From: Pseudonocardiaceae bacterium
GTDB lineage: Bacteria; Actinomycetota; Actinomycetes; Mycobacteriales; Pseudonocardiaceae
Assembly (NCBI GenBank): GCA_050699435.1
Contig: JBOHGM010000007.1
Coordinates: 3,928 to 67,927, forward strand
DNA: 64,000 bases
Direction of reading: 5' to 3'
Numbering within the stretch: the stretch's first letter is position 1; each line of letters opens with the position of its first letter. Shown here in pieces: positions 1 to 9,153 of the stretch. Below the pieces are notes generated by a model. That model saw only the letters and a list, made by a program, of their open reading frames with translations, was not told the origin of the DNA and did not search any database. The translations under genes were made by a program, and so were the position numbers.

Positions 1-1213
1 TAGTCCAGAGGCTGTCTTGTCTGCGGCGGCCATCCACGCGGCATATACCCGAAGCGTCGTCGCTCCGCCGCCACCGTGGCCGAGCCGACCGGCAACGGTG
101 CGGACGTCGACGCCAGCCGCGATCAGCTCGGTGGCGCTGTAGTGGCGCAGTGCATGCAGGTGGGTGTCCAGGTCGAGGCTGTCGGTCATTGTCCCATACC
201 GGTGCGTGATGCCGTCCGGGTCGCAGTGTCGGCGGTGGTCCGGAGCGTAGGAGAACACGAAGGCATCGTCGGTGAGCGTCGCCCCCGATCTCCGCGCACT
301 GTTGTTCGACGCGCTGCTTGTGGTCGCGCAGGAGGGCAACGGTGTCCGGATCGAGGCTGACGATGCGCATCTGGTGTGTCTTGGTGTCTTTGATGATCGC
401 CTTGCCGTTCTGGCGGACGAGGTTGCGCCGGATCGTCAGCAACCCAGCGGACAGGTCGAGGTGTTCCCAGGCGAGGCCGAGCAACTCGCCGCGTCGCGCT
501 CCGGTGACGAAAGTCAGCCAGACGAAAGTGCCCCAATCGGCGTCCTGCTCCCACGCTGCACTCACGATCCGGGCCGCCTCATCGGCCGTAGGCGGATCAG
601 GCTTCGGGTGCTGCTGTCGCGGGCGCTTGACCGCCTCCAGCGGGTTGACTGCGATCCAGCCCCACCGCATCGCCGCTTGAGCGCGCCACTGAGCACCGCG
701 TGAACCTCGCGCACCGACGACACAGACAACGGCTTGCAGACGTGCGGCACGCATCGCTCGTCGCACTCGTGCTCCCGATACGTGCGGTGCTCGACGAACT
801 GCCGTCCCTTGCACCGTCGACGACACCCCCGCAATTCGCGTACAACTGCTCAAACGGGCGCGCTTCGAGCTGTGCAGGCCGCGTCAGCGAGGTGTCGCCG
901 ACCGCAGGCTTGATGAACTTCTCAATGGCCACTCGGTAGCTCGTTCGGGTGGTCTCTTCGACCTGGTGACCGGCCAGCCACTCGTCGAGCAGATAGCCCA
1001 ATGTCACGCTCGTGCGCGCCGCCGTCGCCTCCGCGACCTACCGCCGGAACTTGTCCCGGAGCTTGATCGCCGCGTCCTCATCGTCGGCCGAGCCGGTCAG
1101 CATCACCTGCTTGCCGGTCACCGGATCATGCCCGCCGAAGAGCCGGACCTGGTAGGTGCCGCCCCGTTGCCGGATGCCGGTCAGGTCCTTCGGAGCCTGC
1201 TTCCTGCGTGCCA
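1..1213 (-). pseudogene. tyrosine recombinase (phage-type integrase), degraded; runs off the window start
   Basis: Minus-strand translation from the ATG at 1213 reads MARRKQAPKDLTGIRQRGGTYQVRLFGG. It then hits an in-frame TAG near 1030-1040 and changes frame at least three times (about 835, 670 and 285). Pieces in different frames still spell the integrase core (GARRGELLGLAWEHLDL, LHALRHYSATELI, LGHGGGGATTLRVYAAW). The 5' end lies about 118 bp from the 3' end of tRNA-Phe. Confidence 0.8.
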
Positions 1214-1330
1214 TGACAGCTACTGTAAGCAGCGGATTTGGACAGTCAGTTGGACAAGAACCAGCTGGAGATCGCTAATAGCGACCTTGAAGAACCGCAT
1301 CCAAGCTGGTCAGCGCTACAAGAAGAGAAG

Positions 1331-1404
1331 TGGCCAGGGGCGGGGTCGAACCGCCGACCTTCCGATTTTCAGTCGGACGCTCGTACCAACTGAGCTACCT
1401 GGCC
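1331..1404 (-). tRNA. tRNA-Phe (anticodon GAA)
   Basis: The reverse complement reads GGCCAGGTAGCTCAGTTGGTACGAGCGTCCGACTGAAAATCGGAAGGTCGGCGGTTCGACCCCGCCCCTGGCCA. It has cloverleaf stems, a CTGAAAA anticodon loop and a GGTTCGA T-loop. Confidence 0.9.
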
Positions 1405-1438
1405 GTTCGGGCCGGGGACCCGGCCCGATGGTACTGAG

Positions 1439-1512
1439 CGACCCAGACGGGACTCGAACCCGCGACCTTCGCCGTGACAGGGCGACGCGCTAACCAACTG
1501 CGCCACTGGGCC
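1439..1512 (-). tRNA. tRNA-Asp (anticodon GTC)
   Basis: The reverse complement reads GGCCCAGTGGCGCAGTTGGTTAGCGCGTCGCCCTGTCACGGCGAAGGTCGCGGGTTCGAGTCCCGTCTGGGTCG. The anticodon loop is CTGTCAC. Confidence 0.9.
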
Positions 1513-1522
1513 TTGCTCTGCG

Positions 1523-1595
1523 TGCCCCCAACGGGATTCGAACCCGCGCTGCCGCCTTGAAAGGGCGGAGTCCTAGGCCGCTAGACGATGGGGAC
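1523..1595 (-). tRNA. tRNA-Glu (anticodon TTC)
   Basis: The reverse complement reads GTCCCCATCGTCTAGCGGCCTAGGACTCCGCCCTTTCAAGGCGGCAGCGCGGGTTCGAATCCCGTTGGGGGCA. The anticodon loop is CTTTCAA. Glu-Asp-Phe is the usual actinobacterial cluster order. Confidence 0.9.
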
Positions 1596-1719
1596 CTGGT
1601 CGTCGGGACCTGCTCGCGCCGGTCGCCCGCCACGAGCATCGTCAGCATAGGGCACCACGCCGAGCGGCTCCAAACGGGTCATCGGGGACCGCCAACCTCA
1701 GCCTCGTCGGGAGGGCTAC

Positions 1720-1791
1720 CGGTCCTCCACCACCGCTCGGTCCTCCACCACCGCTCGGTCCTCCACCACCGCACGGTCCTCCACCACCGCG
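1720..1791. repeat. 18-bp tandem repeat, 4 copies (cggtcctccaccaccgcN)
   Basis: Direct reading: ggtcctccaccaccgctc ggtcctccaccaccgctc ggtcctccaccaccgcac ggtcctccaccaccgcgc. It is intergenic, between the stop of the 1795-2028 gene and tRNA-Glu. Confidence 0.9.
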
Positions 1792-1794
1792 CGC

Positions 1795-2028
1795 TCAGCG
1801 CCGGACCGGCGGGATGCCGTCCTCGCCTGCGATCAGGCCCAGCATGTCCAGCAGCCGCCGGCAGTCCTCGGCATCCGACGCCGACCGCGCGACCGACAGA
1901 CGAGCCCGGTCCACCTGCTCAGCGGTGACCCGATGCGGGTCCTGCCCGCGCGGCGAGGGCACAGACTGCCTGCTGAGTTCGGCGCCGGTCTCATCGCCGA
2001 GATAGTGGGTACTCGACAGACGGCTCAT
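1795..2028 (-). CDS. small hypothetical protein (77 aa)
   Basis: An internal ATG at 2028 is preceded by GGAGGAG about 7 nt upstream. The product reads MSRLSSTHYLGDETGAELSRQ...CRRLLDMLGLIAGEDGIPPVRR. No motif recognised. Confidence 0.5.
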   Translation of the reverse strand: MSRLSSTHYLGDETGAELSRQSVPSPRGQDPHRVTAEQVDRARLSVARSASDAEDCRRLLDMLGLIAGEDGIPPVRR

Positions 2029-2133
2029 CACTTTCTCCTCCGACTTCGTTCCAACGTCCTGGGCTCGCGGCCGCTCGCCGCACGTTATCCACCGTTCATC
2101 GTCAGCGCAGCCTCCCACCGAGTGACATCGAAA

Positions 2134-4944
2134 CTACCCATGGTCACCCGTCTCACTCCCAGACCGCTCGCCGCGTGACGCGCAACACTCATCGAGCAAA
2201 CCGGCGAGCAGGTCTGCTAGGTGCAGCGCTCGCCTGCCCGTCGCGTGGCTGATCTGCAACCGGCAGCTGAACCCGTCGGCCAGTACCAGTGCATCGGGAG
2301 CGGCCCTGATGGCGGGGGCTAAGGAGCGCTCGGCCAGCGCGCTGGACAGCTCCTCGTGGCCACGCTGGTAACCGAAGCTGCCGGCCAGCCCGCAACACCC
2401 GGACACCCGCTGCACCCGTATCCCGACCTCGGCAAGCAGCGCGTCGTCCGCGGCGTGGCCGAGCACGGCGTGCTGGTGACAGTGCATCTGCTGCACCGCA
2501 GTCCGGTCGCATTCCGGCAGCGGCCAATCCGGCGCCCGCTCGCCCAGCACCTCGGCGAGCGTCTGCGCGCGCCCAGCGAACGCGGTGGCCGCCGGGTCGT
2601 CCGGCAGCAACTCAGTGAGGTCGGAGCGGACGGTGGCAACACAGCTGGGCTCAAGGCCGACGATCGGCACTCCGGCGCCGAGCTCGGCTCGCAGCAAGCG
2701 CAGGGTCCGCCGGGCCACCATGCGGGCGAGGTCGAGCTGCCCGGTGGTGACCCAGGTCAGACCACAGCACACGGTGCGGCGCGGCAGTCGTACGGCGAAA
2801 CCAGCGGAGCGCAGGACCCTGACCGCAGCGTGCACCACCTGAGGATCGAACGATCGGGTGAAGCAGTCCGGCCAGAGCAGCACCTCGCCCCGCGGCGCCG
2901 GGCCGGTCGGCAGCGCGGGCGGCCGGTAACGGGCGAAGCGGGGCAGCGGCCGGGCCGTCGAGACCCCGCCCAGCCGGGCGAGCAGCGGCGCGAGCAGGTT
3001 GACCAGTCCCGGTGCCCACCCGGCCAGCAGGGCCGCCAGCGGCAGCGCGCCCACTGCGTAGTGCCACCGTGGCCGCAGCCGATGCCGATAGTGCTGGTAG
3101 AGGAACTCCGCCTTGTAGCTGGCCATGTCGACGTTGACGGGGCAGTCCGTGGCGCATGCCTTGCAGGCCAGGCACAGGTCCAGCGCCTCGTGCAGATCAG
3201 CAGAACGCCAGCCCCCGGTCACCAGGTCGCCGGCCAGCATCTCCTGCAGCAGGTGGGCCCGGCCACGGGTGGAGTGCCGCTCGTCGCGGGTCACCTGGAA
3301 GCTGGGGCACATCACCCCGGGCCCGTCGAGCTGACGGCAGGCCCCGACACCGACGCAGCGCCGGGTCGCCGCGGCCAGGCTGCCCCGGTCATGAGCGAAC
3401 GCCAGGCTCACCGGGACGTTCCGTTCCCGGCCAGGCCGCAGGTCGCCATCCAGTGGGCGGGGATCCACCACCACACCGGGGTTGAGTAACCCGTTCGGGT
3501 CGAAAATACTCTTGAACTGGGCGAACAAATCGAGCACCTGGGGTGGGTACATCCGGTCCAGTAGCTCGCTGCGGGCCCGCCCGTCCCCGTGCTCGCCGGA
3601 CAGCGCTCCGCCGTGCGCCACCACCAGGTCCGCGGCCTGTTCGAGGAACCGCCGGAAGTCCCGGCGACCCGCGGCGGTGAGCAGGTCCGCGTCGGTGCGC
3701 ACGTGGATGCAGCCCTCGCCGAAGTGCCCGTAGACCGAGCCCTTCCTGCCGTGTTGGGCGAGCAGACCGGTGAAGGCGCGCAGATACTCGCCGAGCCGAT
3801 TGGGGGGCACCACAGCGTCCTCCCAGCCCGGCCAGGCCTGCGAGCCGTCGGCCAGCCGGGTCACCAGGCCCGCACCGGCCTCGCGGATCCGCCACCACGC
3901 CGCCTGCTGCGCCGGGTCGGCCACCGCAAGGTGCGGACGCTGCGCGTCGGCTGCCGCCGCCCGGGCTGCCGCGTCCGCCTCGCCCGCCGTGTCTGCGCCG
4001 AACTCGACGAGCAACCAGGCCCGGCCCTCGGGGAGGTCAGCCACCTGGCGCCGCCGCGCCCGCAGTGCCGCGATCAGCGCAGCATCGATCCCCTCCACGG
4101 TGAGCGGGCGGTGCGGCAGCAGCGCCGGGACGGCGTCGGCCGCCGCGGGGGCGTCCGGGAAACCCAGCACCAGCAACGCGGTCGCTCGCGGTGGCTCGAT
4201 CAGCCGCACGGTCGCCTCGAGCAGCACCGCACAGGTGCCCTCGGTACCGACCAGGGCACGCGCCAACTGTGATCCGTGCTCGGGCAGCAGGTGCTGCAGG
4301 CCGTAGCCGGAGACGCGGCGCGGCCAGTCGGGCAGTGCGGTGCGGATCAGCCCGCGGTGCGCCCGCGCCAGGGCGTCCACCCGGGCAGGCAGCTGCCCGG
4401 AGCCTGCCACCAGCCGGGAGCCGTCGGGCAGCAGCACGACAAGCTCCTCGACGCACTGCGCCGTGGTGCCCCACGCCACCGAATGAGTACCGCAGGCGTT
4501 GTTGCCGATCATCCCGCCGAGCGTGCAACGGCCGTGTGTGGACGGGTCCGGGCCGAAGCGCAGGCCGTGCGGGGCCGCCGCAGCCTGCAGCGTGTCGAGC
4601 ACCACCCCCGGCTGCACCCGGGCCAGCCGGGTCGCAGGGTCGACATCGAGTACCGCGTCGAGGTGGCGGGAGAAGTCCAGCACCACGCCGGGGCCGATGG
4701 CGTTGCCTGCCACCGAGGTACCACCACCCCGGGGGGTGAGCGGCACGCCGTGCTCGCGGCAACGGGCGATGACCGCGGCAACGTCCTCGACGCAGCGGGG
4801 CAGCACCACCACGCGGGGTGGCACGCGGTAGTTCGACGCGTCGGTGGCGTACAGCGCCCGGGTCCCGGCGTCGGTCGCCACCTCGCCGAGCACCGCCGCC
4901 CGCAACGCCCTGCCGAGCATCTCGTCAGTCACGCAACCCAGCAT
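2134..4944 (-). CDS. FAD-binding oxidase fused to an Fe-S/CCG-domain module (GlcD-GlcF-like, D-lactate/glycolate dehydrogenase family)
   Basis: 936-aa ORF. The N-terminus has a PCMH-type FAD-binding region (PRGGGTSVAGNAIG). The middle has a ferredoxin-type CLACKACATDCP motif. The C-terminus has cysteine-rich CCG motifs (VCCGLTW, GCCGLAGSFGY). Confidence 0.9.
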   Translation of the reverse strand: MLGCVTDEMLGRALRAAVLGEVATDAGTRALYATDASNYRVPPRVVVLPRCVEDVAAVIARCREHGVPLTPRGGGTSVAGNAIGPGVVLDFSRHLDAVLDVDPATRLARVQPGVVLDTLQAAAAPHGLRFGPDPSTHGRCTLGGMIGNNACGTHSVAWGTTAQCVEELVVLLPDGSRLVAGSGQLPARVDALARAHRGLIRTALPDWPRRVSGYGLQHLLPEHGSQLARALVGTEGTCAVLLEATVRLIEPPRATALLVLGFPDAPAAADAVPALLPHRPLTVEGIDAALIAALRARRRQVADLPEGRAWLLVEFGADTAGEADAAARAAAADAQRPHLAVADPAQQAAWWRIREAGAGLVTRLADGSQAWPGWEDAVVPPNRLGEYLRAFTGLLAQHGRKGSVYGHFGEGCIHVRTDADLLTAAGRRDFRRFLEQAADLVVAHGGALSGEHGDGRARSELLDRMYPPQVLDLFAQFKSIFDPNGLLNPGVVVDPRPLDGDLRPGRERNVPVSLAFAHDRGSLAAATRRCVGVGACRQLDGPGVMCPSFQVTRDERHSTRGRAHLLQEMLAGDLVTGGWRSADLHEALDLCLACKACATDCPVNVDMASYKAEFLYQHYRHRLRPRWHYAVGALPLAALLAGWAPGLVNLLAPLLARLGGVSTARPLPRFARYRPPALPTGPAPRGEVLLWPDCFTRSFDPQVVHAAVRVLRSAGFAVRLPRRTVCCGLTWVTTGQLDLARMVARRTLRLLRAELGAGVPIVGLEPSCVATVRSDLTELLPDDPAATAFAGRAQTLAEVLGERAPDWPLPECDRTAVQQMHCHQHAVLGHAADDALLAEVGIRVQRVSGCCGLAGSFGYQRGHEELSSALAERSLAPAIRAAPDALVLADGFSCRLQISHATGRRALHLADLLAGLLDECCASRGERSGSETGDHG

Positions 4945-5044
4945 GACGCCGGTCGGCGCGCTACGCGGCCACCCACCGCGGCGGCGCCTTCGGTGGCCGC
5001 CCGGGCAAGTTACCGTTTGCTCATGCGACTGCGTCGAACCGCAC

Positions 5045-5095
5045 CGGGCCGAACCACCTCGGGCCGAACCACCTCGGGCCGAACCACCTCGGGCC
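5045..5095. repeat. 15-bp tandem repeat, about 3.4 copies (gggccgaaccacctc)
   Basis: Direct reading at 5045-5095: cgggccgaaccacct repeated three times plus a partial copy. It lies just upstream of the oxidase start at 4944, in the divergent intergenic region. Confidence 0.85.
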
Positions 5096-5172
5096 GCACT
5101 GAATCAGATGGAACCGGCAAGGCCGCCGCCGGGCGGCACCGCAGTCCTGCTGGGGAGCCGCAGGGTGCCGAC

Positions 5173-5436
5173 TTGACGCCCGACCAGGAACTCGAGTCAT
5201 ATCTGGACGCCATTTCCCCCGCGCGGGACCCCGAGAGCACCGACCCGGGACGGCGGTTCGGCAGCGCCAAGGTCTACCAGCTCCGGCTGCCGTCCGGCGC
5301 GGAGGAGCAGGTCCAGTGGCTGGCCGAGCAGTACGGCACGTCGCCGCTGCGCCTGCTGCAGGCCTGGGTGCTGCAACGCTTGCACTATGAGTTCGGCGGG
5401 GAGGTCGGCGGGCCCGGAAACGCACCGCAGCGCTGA
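5173..5436 (+). CDS. small hypothetical protein, possibly ribbon-helix-helix-like
   Basis: Only the 3' end of the long shadow ORF 4276-5436 lies outside the oxidase gene. An in-frame TTG at 5173 gives LTPDQELESYLDAISPARDP...VYQLRLPSGAEEQVQWLAEQYGTSPLRLLQAWVLQRL. The start codon is uncertain. Confidence 0.4.
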   Translation: MTPDQELESYLDAISPARDPESTDPGRRFGSAKVYQLRLPSGAEEQVQWLAEQYGTSPLRLLQAWVLQRLHYEFGGEVGGPGNAPQR

Positions 5437-5528
5437 TCTATCCCAGGCCATCAGCACTCCGACCACGAACAGTACTGGGTGCCTACTCCGAACGAGGGAC
5501 CGGCCAGTTGCGCCAACCAGGCTGTTGA

Positions 5529-5861
5529 TCAGGCGATCAACTGCGGACTGGTGAGCACCGCCTGTCCGGCCCTGGTCAGTTCCGCACGTACCCGCTCCCC
5601 GATAGCCCCCCGGATCGCCGGGCGGATCAGACCAGCTCCGGCCAAGCGGTGCGCGGTGTACTGATCACAGCAGCCCAGGCCATCGATGAGCAGGTCGGGC
5701 TCGCAGCTGCAGACCAGCTCGGCGCGTCCGTCGGAGACCGCACGGAGCATGGCCAGCGCCCGCCTATTGATCGGATTGTCCGGCTGATCAGCGGTCCGCC
5801 CCCCGCCGTCGCTGCGCACTGTATGCATCTTTCCCCACCCGTTGTCGCTGGTCCGCGTCAC
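5529..5861 (-). CDS. hypothetical Cys-containing small protein
   Basis: 110-aa ORF with a plausible composition (NRRALAMLRAVSDGRAELVCSCEPDLLIDGLGCCDQYTAHRL). It is divergent from the PBP gene. The start may instead be the internal M at residue 12. Confidence 0.5.
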   Translation of the reverse strand: MTRTSDNGWGKMHTVRSDGGGRTADQPDNPINRRALAMLRAVSDGRAELVCSCEPDLLIDGLGCCDQYTAHRLAGAGLIRPAIRGAIGERVRAELTRAGQAVLTSPQLIA

Positions 5862-6047
5862 CTTTCGTCCGGTTCATCGGGCGGGCGGCGCGGCGGGTTA
5901 CACCTGATGACTGTTTCCCAGGTTGTAACGCCAGTGACATACAGAGCTGTTCGGGGCGTCAGTCGATACATGGCCAGGTACGGGTCAGGCGTGGTGCAAC
6001 TCGTGCACCCGGCGCCAATCTGACACCGACACCAATCTGACACCACT

Positions 6048-8579
6048 GTGCGCACGAGGTGTCGTAGGCTCGCCCAGGTGGGAACCGGGAACGCGTTGAT
6101 CCGGATGGTGGGGCTGTGCCTGATCGCGGGCATGCTGATGGCGGGTCTCCTGTTCCCCCTCGCCGGGGGGGCCGGTATGGTCTCGAACCGGGCCAGCGAC
6201 ACCGTCAACAGTGTCTCCGCTGATCTCGTCGCGGGCGAGGTGCCGCTGGTGACCACGATCACCGACAAGGACGGCGTCCCCATCGCCTTCCTGTTCGACC
6301 AGAACCGGTTCGACACCCCCTCCGACGAGATCGCCGATACGATGAAGGCGGCGATCATCGCCATCGAGGACCGGCGGTTCTTCGAGCACAACGGGGTGGA
6401 CTGGCGCGCCACCACCAGGGCACTGATCACCAACCTGTCCGCAGGCAGCGCCCTGGAGGGCCAGGGTGGCTCGACGCTGACCATGCAGTACGTCAAGAAC
6501 CACCTGCTCTACGTCGTCGCCCGGGACGACGCGGAACGGGCCGCCGCCGTGGCGAGCACCCCGGCCCGCAAGGCGCGCGAGATCCGGGTGGCGCTGCAGC
6601 TGGAGAAGCAGATCCCCAAGGGCGAGCTCCTCACCCGCTACCTCAATATGGTCTTCTTCGGCCACAACGCCTACGGGGTCGCCTCGGCGGCGCGGACCTA
6701 CTTCAACACCACTCCGGACCAGCTCACCATCGCCCAGGCGGCGCTGCTCGCAGGCATGGTCAAGTCGACCAACACCTACGACCCGGTGGACAACCCGGAG
6801 CAGGCCCTGGCGCGGCGCAACCTGGTGATCGATTCGATGATCGACATTGGGTCGATCACCCCGGAGCTGGGGGCGGCGGCCAAGGCCGAGCCGCTGGGCA
6901 TCCAGCAACCGCTCACCGGGCTGGCCAACGGCTGCGTCAGCGCCGGTCCCGCGGACGGCTTCTACTGCCAGTACACCTTGGACTACCTCGCGGAGGCGGG
7001 CTTCTCCGACCAGGAACTGCGCCGCGGCGGCTACCTGATCCGCACCAACCTCGATCGGCGGGCCAGTGACCTGGCCAAGCGTGCCGCCAACGCCCAGGTC
7101 CCGACCCAGACGACGGGAATCGCCAACGCGATGGCGATCGTGGAACCCGGCCGGGAACGGCACCGGGTCCGCGCGCTGGTGGCCAACCGTGACTACGGGC
7201 TCGACGCCGAGGCCGGTCAGACCTCCTACGCGCTGCCCTCCAGTGTGCAGGGCTTCGGTGCAGGCTCGATCTACAAGATCTTCACCGCCGGTGCCGCGCT
7301 GGAGAAGGGCATGGGGATCAACTCGAAGGTGCCGGTGCCGGGCGCCTACACCTCGCGGGTGTTCCGGAACGAGGGCGGCCCCTACACGGTGCGCAATGCG
7401 GGTAACTATCGGCAGGGCTCGGTCACGCTGCAGACCGCGCTCGCAATCTCTCCGAACACCACGTTCGTGGCTCTGGAGGACCGGATCGGGTCGATCGACC
7501 CGATCGTGGAGATGGCCTGGCGCCTGGGTATGCGGGAGAGCCTGTCCGTCCGCGACGCCGAGGGCCGCACGCTCCGCGATGCGATCAAGCAGGATCGCCG
7601 GGGCTCTTACACCCTCGGGCCCGAGCCGACCAGCCCGCTGGACCTCGCCAACGTCGGGGCCACCCTGATGAGCGGGGGGACCTGGTGCCCACCCACCCCG
7701 ATCGACGCCATGTCTGACCGCAACGGCAACCCGGTACTGGTGCCCGAAGCCCCCTGTGAGCAAGCCGTCCCCGAAGGCCTGGCGAACACCCTGGCAGTGG
7801 GGTTGAGCAAGGATCACGAGCCCAGCGGCACCGCCCACCAGGCTGCGGCGAACGTCGGTTGGAGCCGTCCGATGATCGGCAAGACGGGCACCACCCAGAA
7901 CAACCGCTCCGCCGGGTTCGTCGGGGCGACACCGCAGTACTCCGCCGCGGTGCTGATCTGGCCCGATGGGACCAGGCCGCGCCCGATCTGCGACTCCGAC
8001 CCACCCAGGCTGTGCAGCAACGGAAACATCTTCGGCGGCAAGGTGCCGGCCCGGACCTGGTTCCAGACCATGGTCCCGCTGCACGAAGGTCTCCCGGTGC
8101 TGCCGATGCCGCCACCTGAAGAGCGCTACGTCACGGGCGGCGGAGTGGGGGTACCCAATGTCGTCGGGCAGGGGGAGAACCAGGCCCGGCTCACCCTGGA
8201 GCGGGCCGGTTTCAAGGTAGCCACCACCACGTCGAACTCCAGCCAGCCGGCGGGCATCGTGGTCTCCCAATCTGGTGACCGCGCGCTGCCCGGTGACCTG
8301 ATCACGATCGTCATCAGTGACGGCTCGGCGCCGTCGACGCCGACCGCGAGGCCGACACTGCCCGGGCCCGAGCCCTCACCGCCCAGCCAACCCGAGCCCA
8401 TCGAAACCCCCGAGCCGACCGAAACCCCTGAACCGATCGAAACCCGTGCGCCGATCGAAACCCGTGCGCCGATCGAGCCAGCTGAGCCGACCGGACCGCC
8501 GCCGCCACGACCACCGCCACCGCCACCGCCGCCCGAGCCACCAGCACCGCCGACCGGACCGCCAGCAGCGGCGGCGTGA
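6048..8579 (+). CDS. ponA: class A penicillin-binding protein (glycosyltransferase + transpeptidase + PASTA) with a Pro-rich C-terminal tail
   Basis: GT51 motifs (AIIAIEDRRFFEHNGVD, GGSTLTMQYVKN), a transpeptidase SxxK (GSIYKIF) and a PASTA-like block (VPNVVGQGENQARLTLERAGFKV). The tail reads PEPIETPEPTETPEPIETRAPIETRAPIE followed by poly-Pro. The start codon is uncertain; alternatives are GTG 6078 and ATG 6105. Confidence 0.92.
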   Translation: MRTRCRRLAQVGTGNALIRMVGLCLIAGMLMAGLLFPLAGGAGMVSNRASDTVNSVSADLVAGEVPLVTTITDKDGVPIAFLFDQNRFDTPSDEIADTMKAAIIAIEDRRFFEHNGVDWRATTRALITNLSAGSALEGQGGSTLTMQYVKNHLLYVVARDDAERAAAVASTPARKAREIRVALQLEKQIPKGELLTRYLNMVFFGHNAYGVASAARTYFNTTPDQLTIAQAALLAGMVKSTNTYDPVDNPEQALARRNLVIDSMIDIGSITPELGAAAKAEPLGIQQPLTGLANGCVSAGPADGFYCQYTLDYLAEAGFSDQELRRGGYLIRTNLDRRASDLAKRAANAQVPTQTTGIANAMAIVEPGRERHRVRALVANRDYGLDAEAGQTSYALPSSVQGFGAGSIYKIFTAGAALEKGMGINSKVPVPGAYTSRVFRNEGGPYTVRNAGNYRQGSVTLQTALAISPNTTFVALEDRIGSIDPIVEMAWRLGMRESLSVRDAEGRTLRDAIKQDRRGSYTLGPEPTSPLDLANVGATLMSGGTWCPPTPIDAMSDRNGNPVLVPEAPCEQAVPEGLANTLAVGLSKDHEPSGTAHQAAANVGWSRPMIGKTGTTQNNRSAGFVGATPQYSAAVLIWPDGTRPRPICDSDPPRLCSNGNIFGGKVPARTWFQTMVPLHEGLPVLPMPPPEERYVTGGGVGVPNVVGQGENQARLTLERAGFKVATTTSNSSQPAGIVVSQSGDRALPGDLITIVISDGSAPSTPTARPTLPGPEPSPPSQPEPIETPEPTETPEPIETRAPIETRAPIEPAEPTGPPPPRPPPPPPPPEPPAPPTGPPAAAA

Positions 8580-8589
8580 TCCGGCACGG

Positions 8590-9060
8590 TCAGTTCTGCA
8601 GCGCCGCCCGGACGGCGGCGGCCACCCGGGAGCCCTCGGCGCGGCCGGCCACCCTGGCCGTCGCCGCCTTCATCACCGGACCCATCTGCCGGGGTCCGGG
8701 TCGCTCGCCGAGCTGCCCGGTCACCTCGTCGACCGCCTCCGCGACCAGCCGCGCGATCTCCTGGTCGTCCAGCTGGGCGGGTAGATAACCAGCGAGCACC
8801 TCGCCCTCGGCGCGCTCCTGGGCGGCGAGCTCGTCGCGACCGGCCCCGGCGAACGCGTCGGCGGCCTCCCGGCGCTTCTTGGCTTCCCTGGCCAGCACCG
8901 CGAGCACCTCGTCATCTGACAGCTCTCGCGCCGCAGAGCCCGCTACTTCTTCGGTGCTGACCGCGGCCAGCGCCATCCGCAGGGTCGCCACGGTGGTGGC
9001 GTTCCGGGCCTTGATCGCCGTGGTCAGGTCGGCGCGCAGCCGATCCTTCAATTCCGCCAT
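8590..9060 (-). CDS. GatB/YqeY domain-containing protein
   Basis: 156 aa: MAELKDRLRADLTTAIKARNATTVATLRMALAAV...GPRQMGPVMKAATARVAGRAEG, the typical YqeY pattern. Confidence 0.85.
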   Translation of the reverse strand: MAELKDRLRADLTTAIKARNATTVATLRMALAAVSTEEVAGSAARELSDDEVLAVLAREAKKRREAADAFAGAGRDELAAQERAEGEVLAGYLPAQLDDQEIARLVAEAVDEVTGQLGERPGPRQMGPVMKAATARVAGRAEGSRVAAAVRAALQN

Positions 9061-9153
9061 GACCGTGAAGGCTAGAGCTCAGGCCTGCGCAGCAGTGTCC
9101 TGGCATCCCACAACCACGCACAGCAGGCGCAGCCGCCAGCTAGGCTGCGCCAA

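Noticed and set aside
5529-5861. Possible WhiB-like regulator (whiB4 neighbours ponA2 in M. tuberculosis)
   Set aside because: Four cysteines are present (CSC...CC), but the spacing does not fit the WhiB C-x(n)-C-x2-C-x5-C pattern and there is no G(V/I)WGG turn. It is kept as hypothetical.
5985-8270. 761-aa minus-strand ORF covering the PBP gene
   Set aside because: It is antisense to a motif-rich class A PBP gene. The translation is Arg/Gly/Pro-rich with no motifs, a typical shadow ORF in 70% GC DNA.
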